Positions 47,001 to 55,367 of a stretch of DNA of 64,000 nt are shown piece by piece. The stretch is from a virus, in the IMG/VR virus record IMGVR_UViG_3300037264_000690, positions 1-64,000 of that record. One strand, written 5' to 3'. The notes beneath the pieces were generated by a model, which saw only the letters and a list, made by a program, of their open reading frames with translations, was not told where the DNA came from and ran no database searches. Each line of letters opens with the position of its first letter. Position 1 is the first letter of the stretch. A program made the position numbers and the translations under genes.

Positions 47001-49565
47001 GACCCAGTAAAGCCTGGGCAATTGCTTGCCAAGTCGAACTACACCGACCAACATGGTCACGTTGCCCTGGGCAAAAACCTACGTGTGGCTTACGTTCCGT
47101 TCCGTGGGCTTAACTATGAGGACGCCTACGTTATCTCCGAGTCAGGTGCCAAGAAGCTCTCCTCTGAGCATATGTACCAGCACGCGATGGAGTGGGATGA
47201 GCGGCATCGCAGGGGCCTCAACAGCTTCATTAGCATCTTCCCGGGCACTTTCCAGAAGCCACAGCTCAGGGGTATGGACACCGATGGTATTGTGAAGCCT
47301 GGTACTGTACTCAAGCCTGGTGATCCGGTTGTCCTTGCCGCTCGCGAACGTGAGTTGTCGCGCAAACAGGTTCACACCTCGCATAAGGGCAGCTTCATTA
47401 ACGACTCACTCACCTGGGATCACCATGCCGAGGGTATGGTCACTGACGTTGAGAAGACCGATAAGGGCGTGACAGTCGCGGTGAAGAGCCTCAACCAGCT
47501 GCAGGTCGGCGACAAGATGTCTGGCCGCTATGGTGATAAGGGTGTCATCGCTGACGTTATACCTGATGATCAGATGCCGCATGATGAAGAGGGAAACCCC
47601 TATGAAGTGCTGGCCAATCCGCTTGGCGTTATTAGCCGCACTAATCCAGCTCAAATGATCGAGGCTACTCTTGGCGCAATTGCTGCTAAGACAGGTAAGT
47701 ATTATGCTATCGATGACTTCTCCAATATTAAGGACTTGACTGAGTATGCCATGAAGGAGCGTGAGAAGCACGGACTTAACAACTTCGGCAAGATCTTCGA
47801 CCCAACCACTAACAAGTCCATCGACAATGTCTTCACTGGCAATCGCTTCTTCATGAAGCTGCACCATACGTCAGAATCGAAGGGACAGGGTCGCGGTCTG
47901 GGTGGTTACACTGCTGAGGGCATGCCGGCCAAGGGCGGCGTCGAGGGTAGTAAGCGGATGGCCCTCATGGATGTCAATGCGATGCTCTCGCACGGTGCTG
48001 TCGAGACGCTGCGTGACGTCAAGTTGATTCGTGGTCAGAAGAACCAGGAATACTGGTCGAACTTCATGCAGGGCAATCGGCCACCGACGCCACGTGTGCC
48101 GATCGTCTACGAGAAGTTCGTCAACTACCTCAAGGCTTCTGGCGTCAACGTCGTCCGTAAGGGCACGCAGACACACCTGATGGAGTTGACTGATAAGAAC
48201 GTCGATGACATGGCTGGCGACCGTGAGCTGCAGAACGTGAAGACGGTCGACTGGAAGACTGGTTTGACCCCCATCAAGGGCGGCCTCTTCGATGAAACGC
48301 TTACCGGCGGTCACAACGGCAACCGCTGGGCCAAGATCACTCTGCACGAGCCGATGCCCAATCCAGTCATGGAGGAGCCGATCCGTCGACTGCTAGGTTT
48401 AACCAAAGAGAAGTTCGAGAAAGTAATTGCTGGTAGTGACCAACTTGGCGGTAAGACTGGACCAGAGGCTATCCAGAGTGCTCTGGCAGGCGTCAACGTG
48501 AAGCAGGCGCTAGCTCAGTGCCAGGCAGATATTAAGTCGGGTCGGAAGACCTTGCGTGATATTGCTGTGCGGAAGCTGCAGTTCCTCAAGTCGGCAGAGA
48601 TGAAGGGCATTCACCCCAAGGATTGGATGATGACCAAAGTCCCGGTCATCCCGCCCATGTTCCGTCCAATCTCGGTCATGCAGCAAAGCGGTGGTCGGAT
48701 CATTAGCGACTCCAACTACCTCTACAAGGAGCTCTTCGACGCCAACCAGGCGCTCAAGGATGTGAAGGGCGTCTCGGAGGATATCGGTGACGAGCGACTT
48801 AACCTGTATAACGCCTATCGTGGCGTCACCGGCCTGGGCGACCCCGTTCATCCTAAGCTTCAGGAGAAGAAGATTAAGGGCTTCCTGCAGCATGTCTTCG
48901 GTACTAGCCCGAAGTTCAGCACAGTGCAGCAGAAGTTGATCGGTACTACGGTCGACCTAGTTGGTCGCGCAGTGGTTGTGCCAAATCCAGACTTACACAT
49001 GGATGAGGTGGGTCTTCCCGAGGCCCGCGCCTGGGAAATCTACACTCCGTTCATTGCTCGTCGGCTAGTCAAGCAGGGCGTGCCCCGTGTGCAGGCCCTG
49101 GAGCACGTCCGTAACAAGCATGACTTGGCCAAGCGGGCAATGCTTGAAGAGATCAACGAGCGTCCAGTTATTGTGACCCGAGCGCCAACTCTGCATCGCT
49201 ACGGACTCATGTCATTCTGGCCACGATTGACAAAGGGTGAGACTCTGCAGATCAGCCCGATTGTGGTTGGTGGCTTCAACATGGACTTTGACGGTGACGC
49301 CTCGAACTATCACGTCCCGGCTTCTGATGAAGCGCGTAATGAAGCAGTGGACAAGCTGATGCCCAGTAAAAATCTATTCAACGTTAGCCGGTTTCAGGCG
49401 CACTACCTTTTAAGGCAGGAATACATAGGAGGAGTCTACAACGCAACTGCAAAAAAGAATGATAAGCCATCGCGAGTTTTTGCTACCAAACAAGACGCCT
49501 TGCGAGCATTCTATAATGGTAGTCTGCAGCCAGCTGATCCGATCCATATTGTAGGTGACAAATGA
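44058..49565 (+). CDS. Multi-subunit RNA polymerase: beta fused to the N-terminal/catalytic half of beta-prime; intein-containing
   Basis: PRMT..GTFVVNG, GDKMSGRYGDKG, NPLGVISR, MKLHH; VPVIPP.FRP, RAPTLHR, NMDFDGD. Confidence 0.95.
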   Translation: MLEGTMPSIVTVGPTHDSVESSATATTTKLPAQPPQQRSIVAGPPPAPVTMRSFGDSDATRKAIYDNVLKAAQDIQPVANNRYSLELNEPHWSSDEGVSINERKRAILRGETLNRRLRGTWRLKDVQGNLVSERLATVAHVPRMTNQGTFVVNGSEYTLGHQMRLRPGVFTRRKENGELESHINIMPGKGLSHHYFLEPETGIFKIRVGQANMPLVSVMKAMGATDSELRDAWGAELHGLNAQKDDPRVMDKLYARLIGKKGDPNASLEDKRQAVGKAFSEMELDPEVTKRTLGQPYGRLGKEVAIATTKKLLGVSRGEADTDDRDALAFQHFMGPEDLFAERIGRDKRVLNELLWKATTHGNLDKMPTGAFTRHIHAALLDSGLGQCFDVETKVLTARGFIAWPVVTEDDLFACLINGKLSYHKAYKLFKYEYDGQLYCRTTKRLDYCVTPNHRLWCKSKFYSDYQTELAEQAHGKTRIFNIALPPYDGVDTDFVLPSVKTGRWQNDTGPLTTPGDIWASFLGWYISEGWVSTETQRNGNETRRICISQCPVAHPVEHAEIIRVLSQLPCKWNYNHSNKTFCINNKQFVEEVAKYGSNARVKRIPRYCFSWTNRRLALLLDAYMAGDGNVCNGHHKAETVSEQLAEDLSEAFNRLGNAVYISKRKLSEKNPAWADSYVVSVLKTGSTTAFGHTCHKRHYVGPVYCAHVPGERLYISRNRRNSWSANSLEEINPADVFDQQTRVSRLGYGGIPSIDAVPDEARSVQPSHLGYIDLLRTPESFKVGVDSRVSHVAKKGSDGRIYTPFLDPKSGQMVYRSPQDVADLTLAFPGELQKGKPLVAAIVGGKTRYVPRDQVDLAMPHAEHWFSPINNMVPMKSAVKGQRAAMASRFLTQALPIKDAESPHVRGQVPGAVGRSFEEHYGNQVGAVFGEQQSGRVTSVSPDEITVKYADGSTKTHELYNNFPYNRKTYIHNESLVQKGDPVKPGQLLAKSNYTDQHGHVALGKNLRVAYVPFRGLNYEDAYVISESGAKKLSSEHMYQHAMEWDERHRRGLNSFISIFPGTFQKPQLRGMDTDGIVKPGTVLKPGDPVVLAARERELSRKQVHTSHKGSFINDSLTWDHHAEGMVTDVEKTDKGVTVAVKSLNQLQVGDKMSGRYGDKGVIADVIPDDQMPHDEEGNPYEVLANPLGVISRTNPAQMIEATLGAIAAKTGKYYAIDDFSNIKDLTEYAMKEREKHGLNNFGKIFDPTTNKSIDNVFTGNRFFMKLHHTSESKGQGRGLGGYTAEGMPAKGGVEGSKRMALMDVNAMLSHGAVETLRDVKLIRGQKNQEYWSNFMQGNRPPTPRVPIVYEKFVNYLKASGVNVVRKGTQTHLMELTDKNVDDMAGDRELQNVKTVDWKTGLTPIKGGLFDETLTGGHNGNRWAKITLHEPMPNPVMEEPIRRLLGLTKEKFEKVIAGSDQLGGKTGPEAIQSALAGVNVKQALAQCQADIKSGRKTLRDIAVRKLQFLKSAEMKGIHPKDWMMTKVPVIPPMFRPISVMQQSGGRIISDSNYLYKELFDANQALKDVKGVSEDIGDERLNLYNAYRGVTGLGDPVHPKLQEKKIKGFLQHVFGTSPKFSTVQQKLIGTTVDLVGRAVVVPNPDLHMDEVGLPEARAWEIYTPFIARRLVKQGVPRVQALEHVRNKHDLAKRAMLEEINERPVIVTRAPTLHRYGLMSFWPRLTKGETLQISPIVVGGFNMDFDGDASNYHVPASDEARNEAVDKLMPSKNLFNVSRFQAHYLLRQEYIGGVYNATAKKNDKPSRVFATKQDALRAFYNGSLQPADPIHIVGDK
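45219..46238 (+). mobile_element. 340-aa intein with LAGLIDADG-like endonuclease
   Basis: Q|CFDVET start, VTPNH block B, FLGWYISEG and AYMAGDG, VYC block F, SAN|S end; more AT-rich than the flanks. Confidence 0.9.
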
Positions 49566-50020
49566 CTGACCATCGTTGGAACTGGAAAGGCGGCAAGAAA
49601 GCTGGGCTTGCCAGAAAGAAAGCTGCTGGTATCTGTGTAGATTGTACAAACGAGACCAATGGCTGTGTGAAGTGCGATGCTTGCCGGCAGCGAGAAAAAG
49701 CTGGTCACAAGAAGAGGCATTCTAAACTAAAGAATGAAGTCTTCGCTGCCTATGGTGGTTACCACTGCAACTGTCCCGGTTGTGGTGAAACACGACCAAA
49801 CTTCTTGCACATCGACCATGTCGACAATAACGGCGCCGAGCATCGCCGGCAGATGGGCGATCCAACTGGTGCCAACTTCTATTCATGGTTGAAGCAGCAT
49901 GGCTTCCCATTAGGTTTTCAAGTTCTGTGCGCAAACTGCAACTGGGCCAAGGGTCGATATGGTAAATGTCCTCACGTCGATGAGGTCGAGAAGATTGCTA
50001 AGATTCCGTTACACTACTAA
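49562..50020 (+). CDS. HNH-family homing endonuclease-like protein
   Basis: YGG..C...CGE...LHIDHVDN.G, QVLCANCN.AKG. Confidence 0.82.
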   Translation: MTDHRWNWKGGKKAGLARKKAAGICVDCTNETNGCVKCDACRQREKAGHKKRHSKLKNEVFAAYGGYHCNCPGCGETRPNFLHIDHVDNNGAEHRRQMGDPTGANFYSWLKQHGFPLGFQVLCANCNWAKGRYGKCPHVDEVEKIAKIPLHY

Positions 50021-50056
50021 TGGGTGAACAATGGGTAGACTTGGCAACACACAGAA

Positions 50057-50572
50057 ATGAGGACTGCGATGGGACTCAACCAACATCTGGTAGAACTTGC
50101 TCTGGCGAAACTCGCTAACGATCCTGCTCCATCTCAGGCACTGAATCTCAGTATGACGCCTGGTTTGCCGGGAGCTCCAGGAATGAGCGGGCCGAAGGGT
50201 CCGAGAGGCCCATTCTCGTTGGCCGGGCGTGGAGTTGATGCGCTTGGCGGAATGGCCATGAAACATCCGATGCTATCGATTAGTACGCCACTGGCTGCAT
50301 ACGGTGTGAAGAAGCTATACGACAAATACAACGAGCCGAGCGTCGACAAGCAAGCAAATTTGCCACCAGCTGCAACGCCTCCTGCGACCAATGCTGCACC
50401 AGTGGCCCCAGCACCGGCCGCTCAGTTTGGCAGTGTGGAGAATGCCCCAGTGCAACAGACGGAACAACCACAGATGCAGGTAACGACCAGCCAGGGTGCC
50501 GCCAACGTGCCCACTCCTGGTCAAGGCGCGGCCATGAAAGCTCCAGGACTCGTCAAGCCGGCCGGCAAATGA
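50057..50572 (+). CDS. Pro/Ala-rich putative virion protein
   Basis: AKLAN, DKQAN motifs. Confidence 0.55.
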   Translation: MRTAMGLNQHLVELALAKLANDPAPSQALNLSMTPGLPGAPGMSGPKGPRGPFSLAGRGVDALGGMAMKHPMLSISTPLAAYGVKKLYDKYNEPSVDKQANLPPAATPPATNAAPVAPAPAAQFGSVENAPVQQTEQPQMQVTTSQGAANVPTPGQGAAMKAPGLVKPAGK

Positions 50573-50620
50573 TAGAATCAACGGGTGTACTCCCTGAAGC
50601 CACAAAGCAAGGAAGTCAAA

Positions 50621-51649
50621 ATGAATGGACTTAACCCAAACCTTCTAGCTGCTGCAGTCACCAGCTTGCGAGAGAAGTATGGCAGCACGAAGGCGGCGTT
50701 CGTGCCTTCTGACGCTGCTGCTGGCGGTGGCGCCCCGCCTCCTGGTGATCCGGCTGCCGGCGGTGGTGCTCCGCCTCCACCTCCAGGTGATCCAAGCGCT
50801 GGTGGTGCTCCGCCGCCTGATCCAAGCATGGGCATGCCACCAGACGCTGGTGGTGGTGGCGCAATGCCTCCACCTCCTCCTGATCCAAGCATGGGCGGGG
50901 GCGGTGGTGCTGGCATGGCTGACCCTGCTTCCATCGCTGGACAGGTTGCCATGGGTGTCCAGCAGGGCATGGCGGCCACTGGCCTTCAGGGCAACAAAGG
51001 TGTCGGCCCCAACGGCAAGCCTGCCGTCAAGCCCGATATCAACACCATCGCCACCGACGTATTCCAGCTGAAGAAGATGCTCTTTGCCATTATGCGTCAC
51101 GCGAACATTGAGCTACCTCCAGACGTACTTGACGGTCCTAACCGCGATCCACAGACCGGTGCCCCGGCTGAGAGCCCGACTGGTGGCTCAGACGTTAGCC
51201 CTGGTGCCTCGATGCAGCAGAGCGCTATCAAGCCAATTGAGGCAATGCAGGGTGCCTTCCCCGGCGGCGGTGGAGGCGGTGGCGGTGATATGGGTGGTAT
51301 GGGCGGCGGCGCTCCGATGGGTGGAATGGGCGGTGGCATGGGCAAGCGATCGAGTGACCTTTTCACCAAGACTGTTGGTCGTGAGATCACACAGGCCATC
51401 ACCGGCGATAGCGTGCTATCGAAGGCAGCGGCCGTTGCCCTCATGTTCCGTCGTCGTAACGAAACCGGCATGGACAAGGCAGGTATCGTGTCTAGCAATC
51501 CAATGACTGATTTTAGTATCGGTAAGGATGATGGCACGATTGACAAGACGATTGAAGGTATGCCAATCTCCAATTCTGCCCGTGAGAAGGCACATCGTCT
51601 TCGGAAAGTCATCCACGGTTTTACTTCACAGCAGCGTGTCCTTAGTTGA
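50621..51649 (+). CDS. Gly/Pro-rich putative virion protein
   Basis: TKAAF, then GGAPPP.DP repeats; follows TGATAGAAT (50570). Confidence 0.65.
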   Translation: MNGLNPNLLAAAVTSLREKYGSTKAAFVPSDAAAGGGAPPPGDPAAGGGAPPPPPGDPSAGGAPPPDPSMGMPPDAGGGGAMPPPPPDPSMGGGGGAGMADPASIAGQVAMGVQQGMAATGLQGNKGVGPNGKPAVKPDINTIATDVFQLKKMLFAIMRHANIELPPDVLDGPNRDPQTGAPAESPTGGSDVSPGASMQQSAIKPIEAMQGAFPGGGGGGGGDMGGMGGGAPMGGMGGGMGKRSSDLFTKTVGREITQAITGDSVLSKAAAVALMFRRRNETGMDKAGIVSSNPMTDFSIGKDDGTIDKTIEGMPISNSAREKAHRLRKVIHGFTSQQRVLS

Positions 51650-51657
51650 GAGACATA

Positions 51658-51909
51658 ATGATCCTTCAGTTGCATGACAAACTCCAGAAGCCGCTGGTCA
51701 TCAAGGCCACGCGGCTTCTGGCTACTTATGATGATGGCACTCCATTCGCGCTAATTGTGGAGGTCGTCCCTGGTCACGTTCGCGTTTTCCGTGCTGGTGA
51801 CCCAGACTTTAACGACCGACTCAGACAAGCGGCTATTGACCGTTCAGTCATCGTCGATAAGCTCGAACCAGCCAATCCCACGGCCCATCCCAGTCGTCTA
51901 ATTTACTAG
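51658..51909 (+). CDS. Small hypothetical protein
   Basis: ORF coupled to the upstream gene. Confidence 0.55.
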   Translation: MILQLHDKLQKPLVIKATRLLATYDDGTPFALIVEVVPGHVRVFRAGDPDFNDRLRQAAIDRSVIVDKLEPANPTAHPSRLIY

Positions 51910-51926
51910 GCCAAACGTGTCATTAT
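51899..51926 (+). promoter_or_regulatory. Class-A promoter-like motif (variant)
   Basis: TAATT-N13-GTGTCATTAT. Confidence 0.6.
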
Positions 51927-51928
51927 CT

Positions 51929-51967
51929 AATAGCCAAGCGGTATACCTGCTTGGCTGTTTCTTTTTC
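51929..51967 (+). terminator. Terminator-like hairpin directly after the promoter motif
   Basis: AATAGCCAAGCGG-TATA-CCTGCTTGGCTGTT + TCTTTTTC. Confidence 0.65.
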
Positions 51968-51999
51968 TAGCTCAAGGGTTGAAGACACAGGAGGTTAAC

Positions 52000-52374
52000 A
52001 TGAACCTTCGCACCACACCGTTTCTAGAACTCATCAACGCGTTCATCGAGCTGGAGGGATTATCATGGGTAGAGCAGTCAATTAGAGAGGAAAGAGAGGA
52101 TCGTAGTTATACGTTGCTAGGAGCACTGTCGTGGCTAAGCAGAACCAGGCATAACAGCGGCAACCATGTCAGGCAACTTCAAGAACAAGGGGATTCAAGG
52201 GACTGGCCAGTCATCTTCTCTGAGCTGTTGCTGTATCAGGTGTATGACATCTACGGTTGTGGTGGGTGGAATCGGTATTACGTAGATGCTCATGGCGAGA
52301 TCAGGTTCAGTCACTATCACTCCATAAAAGATGATCAGATCAAAGCGGCTAAGCTGGGGTTCGATGTAAGGTAG
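52000..52374 (+). CDS. Hypothetical protein
   Basis: AGGAGG RBS; GCGGWNRY. Confidence 0.6.
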   Translation: MNLRTTPFLELINAFIELEGLSWVEQSIREEREDRSYTLLGALSWLSRTRHNSGNHVRQLQEQGDSRDWPVIFSELLLYQVYDIYGCGGWNRYYVDAHGEIRFSHYHSIKDDQIKAAKLGFDVR

Positions 52375-52426
52375 AATCAAGGGTGGGCACGGTCAACCGT
52401 GCCCACCTAGTTATTCTTTTTTAGGT

Positions 52427-54322
52427 ATGGAAGCCATGCTCCACACAACCGCAGGTCAGCTAGCTGTTAACGAACTCCTCCCAGAGGAGATGCGTGACCA
52501 TGCTCGCATCCTCGACAAGAAGGGCATCTCGCAACTCTTACAAGAGGTTGCCGAGAAGTACCCTGATAAGTACCGCGACATTGCTCATGGCTTATCCAAG
52601 GTCGGATATCATTCTGCTTATCACACTGGCGGACACAGCTTCGACTTGACGCACATGCGCACTGCTCGTGCGGCACTAACGGCCCGTCAGGAGATCGAGA
52701 CCAAGATTCAGCAGATCCACGCCAACCCGCATTTGTCACCCGAGATGAAGGACAATCAGGTCATCGAGCTGGCGTTGAGCCATCATCAACCATTGACCGA
52801 GGCCATTCTGCACGAAAGCAAGAAGGAGGGCAATCCCCTGGCCGAGCAAGTCACTGCTATCGGTCGTGGCAACCCGGTCAGTCTCAAGTCGCTGCGTGGT
52901 AGTGACCTCATGTATGTCGACCACAAGGATCGGCCCATTCCAATCCCGATCCTTCGCAGCTACTCTGAGGGCCTGGAGCCGGTCGAATATTACGCTGGCA
53001 CCTTCGGTGCTCGGAAGGGTGTCATGGACACCAAGTTCGCCACCCAGGATGCTGGTGCCCTGTCAAAGCAGTTCAACCAACTCGCCCATCGACTGGTCGT
53101 CACCAAGCACGATCATGACGACGCGAACCATCACGCTCATCAGGGCATGCCTGTCGAGTTGGATGATCCTGATAACGAGGGTGCTCTGCTGGCTTATCCA
53201 GCAGGCGGCTATCCTCGCAATACCGTCCTGCGGCCCAAGATCCTCTCGCACTTGAAGAGTCTGGGTCTGAAGAACATAGTCGTTCGCAGCCCTATCACTA
53301 CTGGTCCAATGGACGGTGGCCTGTACGCCAGAGATGTTGGCTATCGCGAGCGTGGTGGTATTGCGCCACTTGGAGATAACATTGGCATCGCCGCCGCCCA
53401 GGCGCTTTCCGAACCATTGGCACAAGCTCAGCTCTCGTCGAAGCACTCCGGCGGTATTGTCGGTGCGGCTAAGGGTGTCAGTGGCTTCAAGTTAATCAAC
53501 CAGCTCACCCAGGTGCCTAAGACCTTCAAGGGTGGTGCTGCTCATGCCCAACTTGATGGCCGTGTTAGTGACATTGAAGTAGCGCCACAAGGCGGTAACT
53601 ACATCGTCATCGGCGGCCAGCGACACTACGTTGGCACTGGTTACGACCCCAAGGTTAAGCGTGGGGATGAAGTCGAGGCTGGCGACGTGATCTCTGATGG
53701 CACTCCTAACCCAGCTGAAATTGTCAGGCATAAGGGCATCGGTGAAGGCCGTCGCTATTTCGTCGACTCCTTCCGCAATGCCTATAAGGAGTCTGGTCTG
53801 CCGCATCACCGTCGGAACATTGAAGTCATGGCTCGTGGCTTGATTGACCACGTTCGGCTAACTGAGGAGCATGGTCAGTATGTGCCAGGCGACATTGTGT
53901 CCTATAGCCGACTTGAGCATTCATATAAGCCGCGTGAGGGCAGCCTTCAGGGTGATCCGAAGCGAGCCATGAATCATTATCTGGAGAAACCAGTCCTGCA
54001 CTACTCGATCGGCACTAAGATTCGACCCAGCACTGTAAACACATTGCAGCAGTACGGCATCAAGAACGTCGTGGCTCATCCAGAGCCACCACCGTTTGAG
54101 CCGGAAATGATTCGTGGCATGGAGAACCTGAGTCATGATCCGGACTGGATGGTTCGCTTCCTTGGGTCATATCAGGAGAAGAATCTACTGCGCGGTGTTC
54201 ACCGTGGAGACATCAGTGAGGAGAAAGGCACCAGCTATGTGCCAGCACTGTCACGTGCAGTTGACTTTGGCAAGGTTGGGCCTGTGCAACCGTGGAAGCC
54301 GAGTTCGATCCTCAAGTCTTGA
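52427..54322 (+). CDS. RNA polymerase beta-prime C-terminal half (bridge helix, trigger loop)
   Basis: TTAGQ, GARKG..DT...T..AG, GIAAAQALSEP..Q..L..KH.GG, RNIEV. Confidence 0.92.
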   Translation: MEAMLHTTAGQLAVNELLPEEMRDHARILDKKGISQLLQEVAEKYPDKYRDIAHGLSKVGYHSAYHTGGHSFDLTHMRTARAALTARQEIETKIQQIHANPHLSPEMKDNQVIELALSHHQPLTEAILHESKKEGNPLAEQVTAIGRGNPVSLKSLRGSDLMYVDHKDRPIPIPILRSYSEGLEPVEYYAGTFGARKGVMDTKFATQDAGALSKQFNQLAHRLVVTKHDHDDANHHAHQGMPVELDDPDNEGALLAYPAGGYPRNTVLRPKILSHLKSLGLKNIVVRSPITTGPMDGGLYARDVGYRERGGIAPLGDNIGIAAAQALSEPLAQAQLSSKHSGGIVGAAKGVSGFKLINQLTQVPKTFKGGAAHAQLDGRVSDIEVAPQGGNYIVIGGQRHYVGTGYDPKVKRGDEVEAGDVISDGTPNPAEIVRHKGIGEGRRYFVDSFRNAYKESGLPHHRRNIEVMARGLIDHVRLTEEHGQYVPGDIVSYSRLEHSYKPREGSLQGDPKRAMNHYLEKPVLHYSIGTKIRPSTVNTLQQYGIKNVVAHPEPPPFEPEMIRGMENLSHDPDWMVRFLGSYQEKNLLRGVHRGDISEEKGTSYVPALSRAVDFGKVGPVQPWKPSSILKS

Positions 54323-54420
54323 CAGACGTATATCAATGCGGCATAATACACCTAGTTCTTGGTTTCTGGTTTGGCCTGGCGGTGGGTAACGGAGTGCGGG
54401 CACCCGCCGCCAGGCACCCC

Positions 54421-54448
54421 TAAAATACACGTCTCATAGCGTCATTAT
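54421..54448 (+). promoter_or_regulatory. Class-A promoter-like motif
   Basis: TAAAA-N13-GCGTCATTAT. Confidence 0.7.
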
Positions 54449-54516
54449 TAAGTAGGGCCACTTATCCGGCATCGTGTCATAGTTGTTTATGACATGGGGT
54501 AGTGGTATCATTGAAT

Positions 54517-54685
54517 CAGCTCTTGGTCTAACGGCAAGACGTTCGAACCTCAACCAGCTGCGGCTAGCTCAGCCGCGATAAGCGAACCAGGTGGAGTCGA
54601 AGTAGCCCGTTTGAGCAACGGCAGTGAAAAGCCCCACCTGCAACAGAGGGTTCGGAAAATCCGGGTTCGACTCCCGGCGGGCATC
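54517..54685 (+). ncRNA. tRNA-like RNA 5 with a 115-nt multi-stem insert in place of the anticodon arm
   Basis: D arm GTCT-AACGGCA-AGAC, closing stem TTCGAACCTC/GAGGGTTCGGA, T arm CCGGG-TTCGACT-CCCGG; weak acceptor stem. Confidence 0.7.
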
Positions 54686-54732
54686 TTTCACTATGATGCG
54701 ACACTGCAAGAAGCATGGCATGATTTGATTAC

Positions 54733-54804
54733 GGTCCCGTAGCTCAGCGGCAGAGCGATTGCCTGTTAAGCAATAGTGCCTGGGTTCGAGTCCCAGCGGG
54801 GCCT
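54733..54804 (+). tRNA. tRNA-Asn (GUU)
   Basis: Cloverleaf; ATTGC-CT[GTT]AA-GCAAT; atypical acceptor and U discriminator. Confidence 0.85.
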
Positions 54805-54827
54805 CTCATGGCGATCTTTCGGTAACA

Positions 54828-54855
54828 AGGCGACCGAAAGGTCGCTTTTTTTTTT
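54828..54855 (+). terminator. Intrinsic terminator
   Basis: GGCGACC-GAAA-GGTCGCT + T run. Confidence 0.85.
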
Positions 54856-54875
54856 GTTGCGCCAGGAGAATTGTC

Positions 54876-55358
54876 ATGAAGATCAATTCAGTTGCGAACA
54901 TCGGTGATAGGGTCATCTTCCAGCAAAAGAAAGGTAAATACCGTCTAGCCAGTTGGCAGCACGGCTGGGAGGTGGTTGGCGTTACGAAGAACGTACATGA
55001 CATTGTTCACCGGATCATCATCTCGAAGGGGAAAGTTAAACGGACGTTGGAAATCTTCAAGGAGGCCACCTATGTCGTGCCACCGCACCATCAAATCGCG
55101 CATTACGACGATGTGATTGCTAACTACTCCAATCTGGTAGTGGTCCGTCATCGTGGGACTGAACCACCAAAATATCGGCTCCTTTGTGTTGACTGCCATG
55201 CGGTCGTCAGTGTGACGCAGCAGTACACCGAATCATTCGAGCTGGTGTTAAGTAATGGCAGCATTGATGGTTCTAAACCGTACATCGAAGATAGCTCTGA
55301 GAAGGTTGGCTGCGAGTGTGATGGCAGACACTACGAGATTGAGTACGAACCCTATTGA
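54876..55358 (+). CDS. Hypothetical protein
   Basis: AGGAG RBS. Confidence 0.6.
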   Translation: MKINSVANIGDRVIFQQKKGKYRLASWQHGWEVVGVTKNVHDIVHRIIISKGKVKRTLEIFKEATYVVPPHHQIAHYDDVIANYSNLVVVRHRGTEPPKYRLLCVDCHAVVSVTQQYTESFELVLSNGSIDGSKPYIEDSSEKVGCECDGRHYEIEYEPY

Positions 55359-55367
55359 GGATGAACC

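Noticed and set aside
54517-54685. tmRNA (the insert contains GCG AAC CAG GTG GAG TCG AAG TAG = ANQVESK*)
   Set aside because: It has a paired D stem, lacks G3-U70 and the GGGG/CCA ends, is too short, and the peptide has no Ala-Ala tag
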